Source: an uncultured Gemmatimonadales bacterium
GTDB taxonomy: Bacteria > Gemmatimonadota > Gemmatimonadetes > Gemmatimonadales > GWC2-71-9
DNA: 64,000 nt
Direction: 5' to 3'
Assembly: GCA_963739455.1 (NCBI GenBank)
Contig: CAVUAK010000002.1
Coordinates: 260,054 to 324,053, forward strand
The position numbers and the translations under genes are program-made. The notes beneath the pieces were generated by a model that was not told where the DNA came from, ran no database searches, and saw nothing but the letters and a program-made list of their open reading frames with translations. Position 1 is the stretch's first letter. Every line of letters begins with the position of its first letter. Positions 9,181 to 20,485 of the stretch are shown one piece after another.

Positions 9181-10613
9181 ACGACCTCGGCCACAGAGGG
9201 CCGGCCCGTCCAGATGCACGTCTTCGGCGCTTCCGAGGAGCGGAACTCGGCGTCCGGAATGACGCGAATCGTCGCCTTCGTCTGCGCCTTGATCTCTGCC
9301 TCGACCGCGGGATCGCCGCACCAGCCGGCATAGACGAACCCGCCGCCGTTCTCGAGGTAGTCGATGAACGCCTGCTTGTTCTCGGGGTGACGGAAGCTGT
9401 TATGCTCGCGCCGGAGGATCGCGGTGTTGAGCAGGTCGTGCTGCATCCGGTCCACCTCCTGCACCATGCGCGGGCCGATCCCCTCGAGCGGCAGCGCCTC
9501 CTTCCCACCACCGGTGCGACGCGCCAGCATCACGGTACCGGCCGTCACGTCGCGCGGGCCGAGCTCGAACCGGAACGGGACGCCCCGCGTCTCCCATTCG
9601 TAGTACTTGGCGCCCGGCTTGATCCCCTCACGACCGTCGATGTGCACCCGGATGCCGGACTTCACCAGCTCGGCCTTCACCTTGTCGGCGGCCTCGAGCA
9701 TCGCGGCGCGCTCGGCGTCGGCCTTGTAGATGGGCACGATCACCACCTGGTACTGCGCAAGGCGAGGCGGGCAGATGAGCCCGGTGTCATCGCCGTGCGT
9801 CATGATCAGCCCGCCGACGAGTCGGGTGGATACACCCCACGAGGTATTCCACACGTACTCCTCCTTCCCTTCCTGGCTCTGGTACCGCACCTCGAACGCG
9901 CGGGCGAAGTTCTGGCCAAGGTTGTGGCTCGTGCCCGCCTGCAGCGCCTTGTTGTCCTGCATCAGCGCCTCGCACGAATAGGTGCGCAGCGCGCCGGCGA
10001 ACCGCTCGCTGTCGGTCTTGCGGCCGGTGAGCACCGGCATCGCCATCCACTGCTCCATGAAGGTGCGGTACAGCCCGAGGATCATCAGCGTCTCCTCCTC
10101 GGCCTCCGCCTCGGTGGCGTGCGCGGTGTGGCCCTCCTGCCAGAGGAACTCGGTGGTGCGAAGGAAGAGGCGCGTACGCAGCTCCCATCGCACCACGTTG
10201 GCCCACTGGTTGATGAGCACCGGCAGGTCGCGATAGCTCTGGATCCACTTCGCGTACATCGCGTAGATGATCGTTTCCGAGGTAGGGCGCACCACCAGCG
10301 GCTCGTCCAGCAGCTTGCCGCCGCCGTGCGTCACCACGGCCGTCTCGGGCGCGAAGCCCTCGACGTGCTCCGCCTCCTTGGACAGGAAGCTCTGCGGGAT
10401 GAACAGCGGGAAGTAGGCGTTCTGGTGGCCGGTGTCCTTGAACATCTTGTCGAGCGCCGCCTGCATCTGCTCCCAGATGGCGTAGCCGTTCGGCCGGATG
10501 ACCATGCACCCGCGCACCGGGCTGTAGTCGGCGAGCTGGGCCTTCATGATCAGTTCGTTGTACCACGCGCTGAAGTCGGTTGCGCGGGGTGTCAGTGCCT
10601 TGTTGTCAGCCAT
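9162..10613 (-). CDS. proS: proline--tRNA ligase, archaeal/eukaryote-like type
   Basis: RPTSET, QWANVVRWE, FLWQEGHT, QAGTSH and SWGVSTR motifs; ends ARAY; no INS editing domain. Confidence 0.95.
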   Translation of the reverse strand: MADNKALTPRATDFSAWYNELIMKAQLADYSPVRGCMVIRPNGYAIWEQMQAALDKMFKDTGHQNAYFPLFIPQSFLSKEAEHVEGFAPETAVVTHGGGKLLDEPLVVRPTSETIIYAMYAKWIQSYRDLPVLINQWANVVRWELRTRLFLRTTEFLWQEGHTAHATEAEAEEETLMILGLYRTFMEQWMAMPVLTGRKTDSERFAGALRTYSCEALMQDNKALQAGTSHNLGQNFARAFEVRYQSQEGKEEYVWNTSWGVSTRLVGGLIMTHGDDTGLICPPRLAQYQVVIVPIYKADAERAAMLEAADKVKAELVKSGIRVHIDGREGIKPGAKYYEWETRGVPFRFELGPRDVTAGTVMLARRTGGGKEALPLEGIGPRMVQEVDRMQHDLLNTAILRREHNSFRHPENKQAFIDYLENGGGFVYAGWCGDPAVEAEIKAQTKATIRVIPDAEFRSSEAPKTCIWTGRPSVAEVVWARAY

Positions 10614-10640
10614 CCGTACTCCAAAGGGAAGATTCCATGA

Positions 10641-11925
10641 TCACCCGGCCAGCAGCGTGGTGACCGCAGTGACCGCATCCGATCGCTTCGCCGCCAGTTG
10701 GCGGTGGCTCGCGAGGTCCTTGAGCTGCACTTCGCCGCGGGCACGGTCATCGGGGCCGATGACCACGGCACAGCGCGCTCCACGCGCGTCCGCCTGCTTG
10801 AGCTGCTTGCCCAGCGCCTGGGACGCGAGCGCGTACTCCACGCTGACCCCGGCGTCACGGAGCTCGTGCACCAGCGCCAGCGCCTCGGCACGATCCTCGT
10901 CCGTCACGGCGGCGACGAACACGTCGAGCCGCGCCTCGGTGGACGGCAGCAGCCCGCGCTCCTTCAGCAACTCGCCCAGGACCACATCGCCCATGCCGAA
11001 CCCGACGCAGGGCAGGTCCACGCCGCCGATGGCACCCACCAGGTTGTCATAGCGTCCGCCGCCGCAGATCGCGCGCAGTTCACCCTTCGTGTCGAACAGT
11101 TCGAACACGGTGCCGGTGTAGTACGCGAGCCCGCGCACGATGGTGAAGTCGGGCTCGACGTACTCGCCCAGTCCCATGGACTCGAGGATCCGCACCACCT
11201 CGCAGGAGCGATGCGCTCGTTTCGGCGAGCGCCGGGTCGGCCAGCGGCTCCCAGCTCTTCGCCCTCGCCACCGTGACGATCGCGTCGACATCGGTGCTGC
11301 TTACGCCAGCATCGCGCAGCTTCTGCCGCGAGACGTCCTCCGGAGTGCGCCCGAACTTGTCGAGCACCTGCTGCCAGGTCGCCACCTGCGCATCGGTCTG
11401 CTTATGGTGGCGCAGCAACGCATCGAGGATGCGCCGGTCGGACAGCCGCACCTTGAAGTCACTGGAGGTCAGCCCGAGCGCGCGCATCACGTCGATCGCC
11501 AGGGCAATGATCTCGGCGTCCGCACCGGGACCCGCCTCACCGATCAGGTCGCAGTTGAGCTGGAAGTGCTCGCGGAGGCGACCGCGCTGCTGACGCTCGT
11601 AGCGGAACAGCTGCGGGATCGAGAACCAGCGAATTGGCTTCCGGAGCCCGTTGGCCCGCGATGCCACCATGCGCGCAAGCGTCGGGGTCATCTCGGGGCG
11701 CAATGAGACCTGCCGAGCGCCCTTGTCCTCGAAGTTGTAGAGCTGCCCCACGATTTCGTCGCCGCTCTTGGCGGTATACAGCTCGAGCGGTTCGAGCGGC
11801 GGACCGTCGTACTCCTCGAAGCCATACCGCGTCGCCACCGACCGCCACGCCGCGAAGACGTGCGACCGGATGAGGTGGTCGGCCGGGAAAAAATCGCGAA
11901 AGCCCGGCAGGGCTTGGAGTTGCAT
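10641..11925 (-). CDS. hisS: histidine--tRNA ligase (frameshift near 11215)
   Basis: PGFRDF, LRPEMT and FRYERQQRGRLREHFQ in one frame; RGLAYYTG and GGGRYD in the next. Confidence 0.9.
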
Positions 11926-11943
11926 GGGCGACAAGATACCAGC

Positions 11944-11971
11944 GTGAGGGGTCAGGAGTGAGGGGTCAGGG
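11944..11971. repeat. short tandem heptamer repeat
   Basis: GTGAGGG-GTCAGGA-GTGAGGG-GTCAGGG at the folC 3' end / folC-hisS spacer. Confidence 0.6.
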
Positions 11972-13211
11972 GTCGAGCCCAAGCAGGTGCATCACGTCCC
12001 CTACCGTATGGAACGATCCGGTGACCAGCAGGGTTCCTGCCCCTTCCTGCCCCATAGCCACCGCCCGGGCGAGGTTGGGCTCGATCACCCAGGGCACGAC
12101 GCCCGGCCCCGGGGTCCGCTCATGGAGCCAGCGCTCCAGCGCGCTCCAGGTTCCACCCCCGCCCCGCCGCGGTCGGCGCCACGGTGAGCACCCCGCGATC
12201 CACGGTGCCGTCGAGGCTCCGCAGCATCTCCGGCCAGTCCTTGTCGCCCAGGATCGCGACCACGGCGTGTATCGGGGTGCTCGGGCGCAGGGCGCCGATA
12301 GCCGCCACCAGCGTGCGCACGCCGTCGGGGTTGTGCGCCACGTCGAAGAGGTAGCGGCCCCGCCGGTCGAGCCGACCGGCGATGAACGCCTCGGCGAAAC
12401 CCCGCTCGGTGGCATCCACATCGGGGCGCCAGGTCTCGGGCAGCGCCTCGAGTGCCGCCAGCGCCACCGCGGCGTTCCGCCGCTGGTGCGGACCCTCCAG
12501 CCGCAACGGACCCTCCCACTGCGCATCCGCCGGCACCGTTCGCATGTCCAGGGTCGCCCCCGGTTCGAGCGCGCTCACGTAGCGCTGGCCCTCGCGCCGA
12601 AGCACCGCGACAATCTCGGGACGCGTCTCGCCCACGACAAAGGGCGCCCCGGGCTTCGCGATGCCCGCCTTCTCCCCGGCAATCAGTTCCAGCGTGTCAC
12701 CCAGGTACTTCACGTGGTCCACCTCGATCTTGGTGACCACGCTGACCAGGGGCTGGAGCACGTTGGTGCTGTCGAGGCGTCCACCCAGACCCACCTCGAC
12801 CACGGCGATCTCCGCTCCGCGCGAGGCGAAGTCGGCGAACGCCATCGCCGTGGTCGCCTCGAAGAACGTGGCGCCATGCTCCTCGATCAGCGGGCGCAGC
12901 CGGGCCGTCCACATTGCCACGGCCCCCTCGGAGATCGGGATCCCGGCCACCCGCATGCGTTCCCGGAACGAGACCACATGCGGCGAGGTGTACAGCCCAA
13001 CCTTCCATCCCATCTCCCCGAGCGCCGACGCAATCAGGCTCGCGACACTGCCCTTGCCGTTCGTTCCCCCCACATGAATCGCCGGGATCATCAGGTGTGG
13101 GTCGCCCACCGCCGCGAGCAGCGTCCGCGTCGTATCCAGCCCGAACTTGATGGTCGTGACACGCGGGAAGAGGAACTCGAGCGCGTCTTCGTAGGCGGTG
13201 GCGGTGGCCAT
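11966..13211 (-). CDS. folC: folylpolyglutamate synthase / dihydrofolate synthase (frameshift near 12140)
   Basis: HVGGTNGKGS, YTSPH, EVGLGGRLDSTN and DVAHNP motifs; C-terminal VTGSFHTVG in the shifted frame. Confidence 0.9.
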
Positions 13212-13252
13212 GAATTCCTGGCAGGGGTGCTTGATCAGGGGCCGGTAGTGCA

Positions 13253-13283
13253 AGCGCCCCGCCCGGTGAGCAGGCGGGGCGCT
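13253..13283. terminator. GC-rich stem-loop between accD and folC
   Basis: AGCGCCCCGCC ... GGCGGGGCGCT, an 11-bp perfect stem; weak U-tail. Confidence 0.4.
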
Positions 13284-13313
13284 GGGGCGCCACCCGGATC
13301 CGGTGCCGAACCT

Positions 13314-14177
13314 CTAGTGAACTTCACTCTCGGGATGCGGTCGCTGACCCTGCATGTGCCGCAGCAGGCGCGCCGTCGTTTCCTTGAGCGAGCCGCGGGG
13401 CACCACATCATCGATCTGCCCGTGCTCCAGCAGGAACTCCGCCGTCTGGAAGCCCTCCGGCAGGTCCTGACCGATGGTCTGCTTGATGACGCGCTGTCCG
13501 GCAAAGCCGATGACCGCACCGGGCTCCGCCAGGATGACGTCGCCCTGCATTGCATAGGAGGCGGACACGCCACCGGTCGTGGGATCGGTGAGGATGCTGA
13601 TGTAGGGCAAGCCGACCTCACGCATCTGGGCGATGGCGGCCGAGGTCTTGGCCATCTGCATGAGGGAGAGCACCCCCTCCTGCATCCGGGCACCGCCCGA
13701 CGTGCTCACCAGGACCAGCGGGATCTTCTTGTCGGTGGAGCGCCGGGCGAGCCGCGCGATCTTCTCGCCCACCACGGAACCCATCGATCCGCCCATGAAG
13801 GCGAAATTCATGACCCCAAGGTGGAACGGCAGCTTGTCGATCTTGCCCCAGCCGGAATACATCGCGTCCGCGTCACCCGCCTTGCGATGGGCGGCGGCGA
13901 GGCGGTCGGCGTAGTGCTCGAATTTCAGGGGATCGGTGGAACGAAGGTTGGAGTACAGCTCTTTCCAGCTGCCTTCGTCGGTAAGGATCTCGATGTACTC
14001 CTCGGCCGATATGCGCCGATGCCGTCCACACTCAGGGCACACATTGAAGGCACGCTCGAACTTCTCGCGAAGATCGAGGTGGCCGCAATTCTCGCACTTC
14101 TCCCACGCATCCGCCGGAATCTCAAGGCGTTCACGCTTCGAGGCGCGGGGCTTTCGTTCCTTCTTGAACCAAGCCAT
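13314..14177 (-). CDS. accD: acetyl-CoA carboxylase carboxyltransferase beta subunit
   Basis: WEKCENC...VCPEC zinc finger; FMGGSMG, SGGARMQE, PTTGGV and FQTAEFL motifs. Confidence 0.95.
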   Translation of the reverse strand: MAWFKKERKPRASKRERLEIPADAWEKCENCGHLDLREKFERAFNVCPECGRHRRISAEEYIEILTDEGSWKELYSNLRSTDPLKFEHYADRLAAAHRKAGDADAMYSGWGKIDKLPFHLGVMNFAFMGGSMGSVVGEKIARLARRSTDKKIPLVLVSTSGGARMQEGVLSLMQMAKTSAAIAQMREVGLPYISILTDPTTGGVSASYAMQGDVILAEPGAVIGFAGQRVIKQTIGQDLPEGFQTAEFLLEHGQIDDVVPRGSLKETTARLLRHMQGQRPHPESEVH

Positions 14178-14297
14178 CACAGCCATAGATGAGTGTGTGT
14201 TTGGGGGTCGAACGGCAACCGCTTCCCGGCTCCCAAGGACCGGTAGAATCTTGCACTGTGTACCTTTCCGCGCCAGACCCCGCCAGCTAAGTCTTTG

Positions 14298-15542
14298 TCA
14301 GAACTCGTGATACGCAGAGCGATCCGACTCCGCCGCAACCCGGAAGCAGATGCCGATGCAGGCACAGCAGATCAGGAAGAACGACCCACCATAGGAAAAG
14401 AACGGCAAGGGAATGCCGGTGATTGGCATCACGTTTACCGTCATCCCAATGTTCTCGAACACGTGGGTGAAGAGCATGCCGAGGATGCCGAACACCATGA
14501 GGCTTGAGAACGGATCGGACGCCCGGCGCGCGATCCGCACCAGCGAGAGGAAGAGCACTGCATAAAGGATCAGCGCCGTCATCACGCCAAGGAAGCCGAG
14601 TTCCTCCCCCACGACCGAAAACACGAAGTCGGTATGCTGCTCCGGCAGGAAGGCCAGGCGCTTCTGGGGCCCCTGGGTGTACCCGGTGCCGAACCACCCA
14701 CCCGAGCCGATGGCCACCTTCGACTGGATCGCGTGGTAGCCCGCCTTCTGGGGGTCGATCTCGGGATTGAGGAAGGTGAGCAGGCGGTTCTGCTGGTACG
14801 TGTGCAACCGGCTCCACAGCGGGATCGCGATCGCCCCCATCACCACATTGGCGAGGTACACCGCCACCGAGTCGAGGATGAAGGGGCGATAGACGGCCAG
14901 CACGATGAACAGCGCGATCATCCAGAGCGTCCAGCCCAGGGTGCTGAAGCCAAGCAGCAGGCTGAAGCCCGGTGACGCGAGGAGGAACAGCACCAGGGGC
15001 CGGGCACCGGCCCAGAACAGCATGGCGAACAGGATGCCGACGAAAACGAGCGCACTGCCCAGGTCCGGCTGCTTGAGCACCAGCAGAAACGGCACACCGA
15101 CGATCAGTGACGGCACCAGCAGGTCGCGCATCGAGCGGGGAGGTTCGCGCAGCCCGGACAGGTGGCGCGCCAGCATCAGCACCGTGGCGATCTTGGCAAA
15201 TTCCGATGGCTGCCCGATCTGGCGCCCGCCAATGGAGAGCCAGCTGTGGCTGGACTCAGCGGTGCCGGCACCAGTGCCTACGGCTAGCACGATCAACAGC
15301 AGGAGAATGCCGAACCCGTATAGGGCGGGTGCGGCCCACTCGAGGATGCGCGGCGAGATCTGGTAGACCACCACTGCCACGGTGAACCCGATTCCACTCC
15401 ACACGAGTTGACGAAACCAGACTCCAGCGGCCTTGGTCGGGACATCGGTCTGCCCCGCTGAATAGAGGGTCAGCAGCCCGAAGCCGATGAGCAGCAGCGT
15501 CGTCACCGCCAGGGTGCGATCGAACGAGCCGACCGACCTCAT
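14298..15542 (-). CDS. rodA: rod shape-determining protein RodA (SEDS family)
   Basis: QPSEFAK, QPDLG, LPEQHTDF and GIPLPFFSYGGS motifs; follows mrdA. Confidence 0.93.
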   Translation of the reverse strand: MRSVGSFDRTLAVTTLLLIGFGLLTLYSAGQTDVPTKAAGVWFRQLVWSGIGFTVAVVVYQISPRILEWAAPALYGFGILLLLIVLAVGTGAGTAESSHSWLSIGGRQIGQPSEFAKIATVLMLARHLSGLREPPRSMRDLLVPSLIVGVPFLLVLKQPDLGSALVFVGILFAMLFWAGARPLVLFLLASPGFSLLLGFSTLGWTLWMIALFIVLAVYRPFILDSVAVYLANVVMGAIAIPLWSRLHTYQQNRLLTFLNPEIDPQKAGYHAIQSKVAIGSGGWFGTGYTQGPQKRLAFLPEQHTDFVFSVVGEELGFLGVMTALILYAVLFLSLVRIARRASDPFSSLMVFGILGMLFTHVFENIGMTVNVMPITGIPLPFFSYGGSFFLICCACIGICFRVAAESDRSAYHEF

Positions 15543-17402
15543 GGCGTTATCCCGACGGTGCGAAGCGCCACCGGCGTCGGCGCGGTGGTATCGGCTGCCG
15601 GGGCATCCCTGGGTGCGCTGTCCACCGGGAGTTCCATCTCGCTCGGGGTGGGCGGTGGTGCGCCGGGGCCAAGTACGTAGCGGCTCAGCGCCTTCATGAC
15701 GTAGGGCGCTACCACGGTACCATGTTCTGCGGCCTCCATGATGCCGCCGATCACGATTGTCGGGTTATCGGCCGGGGCGAATCCGATGAACCAGCCGTGA
15801 TCCTTGCCGTGGGAGTTCTGCGCGGTACCGGTCTTCCCGGCCACCGCCAGGTCGGTGCGGCGGCTCGCTGCGGCGGTGCCCTTCTCCACCACGGCGATGA
15901 GTGCGGTGCGCAGGCCGGCGAGCTGCTCGGGCGTGAGGCCGAGGTCACGAACGGGCTCGGCGGACTCGCGTACCACGTAAGGTGATCGCACCTTCCCGTC
16001 GCCGGCCAGCGCAGCGTAGAACTTCACCATGTTGATCAGGGTCTGGGTGTTCTCGCCCTGGCCGATTGAGAAGTTCAGCACCGTGGCTGGCGCGCTCCAG
16101 TTGCGCGCACCATAGCGTTTGTCGAAGTAGGTCTGGTCGGCCGGGAAGATGGGATCCTGCTCACTCGGCAGGTCCACGCCGCTCCGGTCGCGAAATCCGA
16201 GGAGCACGCCGTCCTTGATGATGGCATCCAGGCCGAGCCGCTGGCCCAGCTGGTAGAAATACACGTCGCAACTCTTCGCCACGGCACCGATCAGGTCGAG
16301 CGAGCCGTGCCCTTCCTTCTTCCAGCACTTGAACACGCGGTTGCCGAGCCGGTAGCCACCGTTGCATGACACCGGCATGTGGGTCTCGAAGCCGACGATG
16401 CCGCGACGCAGCGCCATGGCAGCGATCGCCAGCTTGAACGGTGATGCCGGGCGGATAGCGCCCGTTGATGGCGCGGTTGATGAGCGGGTTCGCTTCATCG
16501 GTGACGAGGTTCTTGTAGTCGGCGCTGGAGATGCCGCTGGCAAAGAGGTTCGGGTCGTACGAGGGCGCGGAGTACAGCGCGCGGATCTCGCCCCGCGGCG
16601 TCATGGCCACCATGGCGCCGCGGACACCGGCCGGCCAGATGCTGTCGATGTACCGCTGCAGGTCGAGGTCGACGGTGGTATGGAGCGCGCGCCCCGCCAC
16701 CGGGGCCAGCGACGCCGCGCTCGCCTCGTTGCGCACCAGCCCGCCGCGCGCGTTCACCTCGATGTAGCGCACACCTTCCCGGCCCCGAAGCGTATCGTCG
16801 TACTCGCGCTCGATCCCGGCGCGACCCACGATCGACCCCGACTGCGCCCCTGGAAACCGGTCCGCCGTGAGTTCGGCATCAGTCACCTCCGACACGTAGC
16901 CCACCACGTGGGCCACGGCCTTCCCCGCCGGGTAGAGGCGGCGCGGCTCCGACTGGAGGACGAGGCCGGGCAACAGTGCCCGATGTTCCTCCAGCCGGCT
17001 CGCTGTCTCGAACGACGCCTCCCCGTACACCACGGCGGGCTGGTAGCGCGCGCCCCGCCAGCGCCGCACGATGTCGGCTATGCCGGCGCTGTCGAGCGGC
17101 ACCACGGTGGCCAGGCGGCGCAGCACGGCTCGCAGCGAATCGGCGTTGGTGGCGATGAGCTTGACGGTGTAACCCGGCAGGTTCTCCGCGATCACCTCGC
17201 CCTTCCAGTCGAGGATCGCACCGCGCGGCGGCGGCAACGGCACCGGACGCAGACGGTTGGACTCGGCGCGCAACTGATACTTCTCGTGCTGGAGGATCTG
17301 CGCGCGGAAGAAGGCCCCGGCGAGGACCAGGAAGGCGAGCGCGATGATCCAGCGGGCGCCGCTCGCCCGACGCTGCAGGTCGGTGGGATCCAGGTGGTTC
17401 AT
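15539..17402 (-). CDS. mrdA: penicillin-binding protein 2 (frameshift near 16445)
   Basis: PPRGAILD and PRRLYP; YPPG-SPFK (SxxK split by the indel); SCD (SxN equivalent); KTGT. Confidence 0.9.
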
Positions 17403-17902
17403 TGCTGGTCGAGGCGGATGCGGAACCAGCCGCCGAACAGGACCAGCAGCACGGTGCCCGCGAGTGCCGTGGTCAGCGCCTGGAGCGGCGCGTCGATCAG
17501 GAGCGACGTGGCGAGACCCTGGTCGCCCGACCCGCTCGCGACCAGCACGATCAGGTCGCGGAGCCAGACGGCGCCAAAGAGGAACCCGGCGTTGACCAGC
17601 ACGTTGTCAGCGAAGAAAAATGCCCGCGTCAGGGCAGCGAGGTAGCCCACCATGGTGTTGGCCAGTGCCGCAGCGCCGAACCTGGCGGGGCTCAGGGCAT
17701 CACTCGCGAGTCCGACGAGGAAACCGGCCAACGCACCTACGCCCGGGCCGCTGCGGAGCGCGAGGAGCACGAGGCCAATCATGACAAAGTCGGGTGCGTA
17801 GCGGCCCTCGAACAACCGTGGACGCACGTAGAACTGCAGGAAGAGCAGCAGCCCCAGGGCCACCGTGAGCTGCAACCGGTTGGCAGCACGGGCGCTGGTC
17901 AT
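17399..17902 (-). CDS. mreD: rod shape-determining protein MreD
   Basis: Hydrophobic 167 aa with PD and G..GF..GL..D patterns; lies between mreC and mrdA. Confidence 0.85.
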   Translation of the reverse strand: MTSARAANRLQLTVALGLLLFLQFYVRPRLFEGRYAPDFVMIGLVLLALRSGPGVGALAGFLVGLASDALSPARFGAAALANTMVGYLAALTRAFFFADNVLVNAGFLFGAVWLRDLIVLVASGSGDQGLATSLLIDAPLQALTTALAGTVLLVLFGGWFRIRLDQQ

Positions 17903-18924
17903 CGTGCGCCGCCGGTGTCAGGAGCAGGCGACGGGGGCTGGGCCGGCGCTGGAGCGGCCCCGGCCGCCGCCAGCGAGTCGGCCCGCCGACGACGCCGGGC
18001 TCGCGCCCGGGCTGCTGAATCCATCACGGCCGGCTGGGGCGCCGCGATCGCGGGGTTGGCCGCCACCGGCCCTGAGTCCAGCGAATCCCTGCTGGGAGCG
18101 AACGCGGCCGGAATGCGCAGTGGTGTGGCACCGTGCAGGATGAGCACGTGTCCTGCCACACTGGGCGAGGCCAATGGCCGGAGGCGATACACCCGCTCCC
18201 AGCCCAGCTGCTCCCGCTCCACCCCCACCACGGTCCCCACCGGGACGCCGCGGGGATACACGCCGCCCAGCCCCGACGCGATGACCACCGCTCCCTCAGC
18301 CAGCGTATCGCGATAGGTGATCGCCCTGAACTCCAGGCCGGTGCGGCTGGCGTCGCCGACCGATGTCGGTCCCACGATTCCCGCCACCTGCCCATTGGCC
18401 GACACGGCGCTCACCCGGAATTCGGGGTGGGCCCAGGTCATGGCGATGCTGGTGTGCTGGTCGACCTCGCGGATGGCGCCGATCAGGCCTTCAGGCGTCA
18501 CCACCGGATCGAGTGGAGCCACGCCTTCAGCGCGCCCGGCATCGAGCAACAAGGTGCGGCCATCGGTCGGAAGAGTCTGGCGGAGGACCTCGGCGGGAAT
18601 GAACCCGGAGCCGGTGCGAACGGTGAGGTTGAGGAGGCTGCGCAGCTGCTGGTTCTCGACTGCCAGACCGGAGAGGGTCCGGCTCAGCTCGGCGAGGGAA
18701 TCACGCTCTGAGGCAACGGCGCGAAAGCGGGTACGGCTGGTACGGCCTTCGGCGGCGCGTTCCTGCAGCCAGACGAACGGGGCCAGCGCGGTCGTGCGCA
18801 GCCCGGCCGCCACCGCCATGCCCCAGCTCGCCGGCATGAGCAGCGCCAGGGCCGACAGGAGCATGCAACCGGCAAAGAGCCACGTGTCGCGGCGGGACTC
18901 CCAGCGTTCAGTGCCCCGCGCCAT
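17899..18924 (-). CDS. mreC: rod shape-determining protein MreC
   Basis: TM, coiled coil ENQQLRSLL, GLIG and SGLGGVYPRGVPVG. Confidence 0.9.
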   Translation of the reverse strand: MARGTERWESRRDTWLFAGCMLLSALALLMPASWGMAVAAGLRTTALAPFVWLQERAAEGRTSRTRFRAVASERDSLAELSRTLSGLAVENQQLRSLLNLTVRTGSGFIPAEVLRQTLPTDGRTLLLDAGRAEGVAPLDPVVTPEGLIGAIREVDQHTSIAMTWAHPEFRVSAVSANGQVAGIVGPTSVGDASRTGLEFRAITYRDTLAEGAVVIASGLGGVYPRGVPVGTVVGVEREQLGWERVYRLRPLASPSVAGHVLILHGATPLRIPAAFAPSRDSLDSGPVAANPAIAAPQPAVMDSAARARARRRRRADSLAAAGAAPAPAQPPSPAPDTGGAR

Positions 18925-18927
18925 GGA

Positions 18928-19959
18928 TCAGGCGGAGAGAACGCTGCGGAACTTCTCGAAGTCGTCGAGAATACGGCCGGTGCCACGAACGACGCACGTG
19001 AGCGGGTCCTCGTCCACGTGGATCGGCAGGCCGGTCTCCTGCTGCAGGAGCACGTCGAGCCCGCGAATGAGCGCGCCGCCACCCGTCATGACGATGCCGC
19101 GATCGACGATGTCGCTCGCGAGTTCGGGCGGCGTGATCTCCAGCGCGCGGCGCACGGCATCGACGATCTGCTGGATCGGCTCCTGCACCGCCTCGCGGAT
19201 TTCACTTGAATGCACTCGCACCGTCTTCGGGATGCCGGACACCAGGTCGCGGCCCTTCACTTCCATCTCCCGCTCCTCACCCACTGGTGCCGCCGAGCCG
19301 ATCTTGATCTTGATCATCTCCGCGGTGGGCTCGCCGACGAGCAGGTTGTAGTTCTTGCGCATGAACTGCACGATCGCCTGGTCGAGCTCGTCACCGCCGG
19401 TGCGGATCGACGTGTCGGACACGATGCCCGAGAGTGCGATGACCGCGATCTCCGTCGTACCGCCACCGATGTCGATCACCATGTTGCCCGTTGGCGTCTC
19501 CACCGGCAGGCCCACGCCGATCGCGGCCGCCATCGGCTCCGCCACCATCAGCACCTGCTTCGCGCCCGCGGTCTCGGCGGAATCGCGCACCGCGCGGCGC
19601 TCCACCTCGGTGATGCCCGATGGCACGCACACGATGACCTTGGGCTTCACGCGGAAGATGTGCTTGTCGATGATGGTCTTCAGGAAGTAGCGCAACATCT
19701 TCTCGGTGACGTCGAAATCGGCGATGACGCCATCCTTGAGGGGCCGCACGGCGAGAATGCCATCGGGCGTGCGCCCGAGCATCCGCTTCGCCTCGAGGCC
19801 GATGCCCTTGATCTTGCCGGTCGCTTTCTCGATCGCGACCACCGAGGGCTCGTTGAGGACGATGCCCTCGCCCTTTACGTAAATGAGCGTATTGGCGGTG
19901 CCGAGATCCACCGCGATTTCGTTCGCGGGGAGGAAAGAACCAAAATTGAACCGTGCCAT
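18928..19959 (-). CDS. mreB: rod shape-determining protein MreB
   Basis: [28 protein letters not shown] and TGGGAL motifs. Confidence 0.97.
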   Translation of the reverse strand: MARFNFGSFLPANEIAVDLGTANTLIYVKGEGIVLNEPSVVAIEKATGKIKGIGLEAKRMLGRTPDGILAVRPLKDGVIADFDVTEKMLRYFLKTIIDKHIFRVKPKVIVCVPSGITEVERRAVRDSAETAGAKQVLMVAEPMAAAIGVGLPVETPTGNMVIDIGGGTTEIAVIALSGIVSDTSIRTGGDELDQAIVQFMRKNYNLLVGEPTAEMIKIKIGSAAPVGEEREMEVKGRDLVSGIPKTVRVHSSEIREAVQEPIQQIVDAVRRALEITPPELASDIVDRGIVMTGGGALIRGLDVLLQQETGLPIHVDEDPLTCVVRGTGRILDDFEKFRSVLSA

Positions 19960-20046
19960 TTTCACCGCCCTGGGAGCGCTTTAATACAAGTGAGATCGAA
20001 ACTTACGGCAGGGGGTGTTCCCAATCAACACAGCAAGCAGTTCTCG

Positions 20047-20484
20047 TCAGTGTCCGGTGCTGCCGAAGCCCCCCTCCCCCCGGCCGGTGGCCCCCAGCTC
20101 TTCGGCCCGCCGGAAGGTCACAGCCTCCACCCGGGCGAACACCAGCTGGGCAATGCGCATGCCGCGGGTCACCCTGAAATGTTCGGCCCCCAGGTTGATC
20201 AGCGCCACCTTCAGTTCTCCCCGGTAATCACTGTCGATGGTGGCCGGGGTGTTGGGCAGCGTGACGCCGTGCTTGAGGGCCAGGCCGGAGCGCGGGCGGA
20301 TCTGGCACTCGAACCCGGCCGGTATCGCGATGGCGAAGCCGGTGCGCACCAGTTGCCGGGCCCCGGGAGGCAACTCCACGTCATCCGCGCTCGCGATGTC
20401 GTACCCCGCCGCCCCGGCGGTGGCAGCGGCAGGTTCCGGCAGCCCCTCGCCGTGGGGCAGCCGGACGATCTCGACGTCGATCAT
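20047..20484 (-). CDS. dut: dUTP diphosphatase
   Basis: [21 protein letters not shown] and [10 protein letters not shown] (all five motifs). Confidence 0.95.
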   Translation of the reverse strand: MIDVEIVRLPHGEGLPEPAAATAGAAGYDIASADDVELPPGARQLVRTGFAIAIPAGFECQIRPRSGLALKHGVTLPNTPATIDSDYRGELKVALINLGAEHFRVTRGMRIAQLVFARVEAVTFRRAEELGATGRGEGGFGSTGH

Positions 20485-20485
20485 C

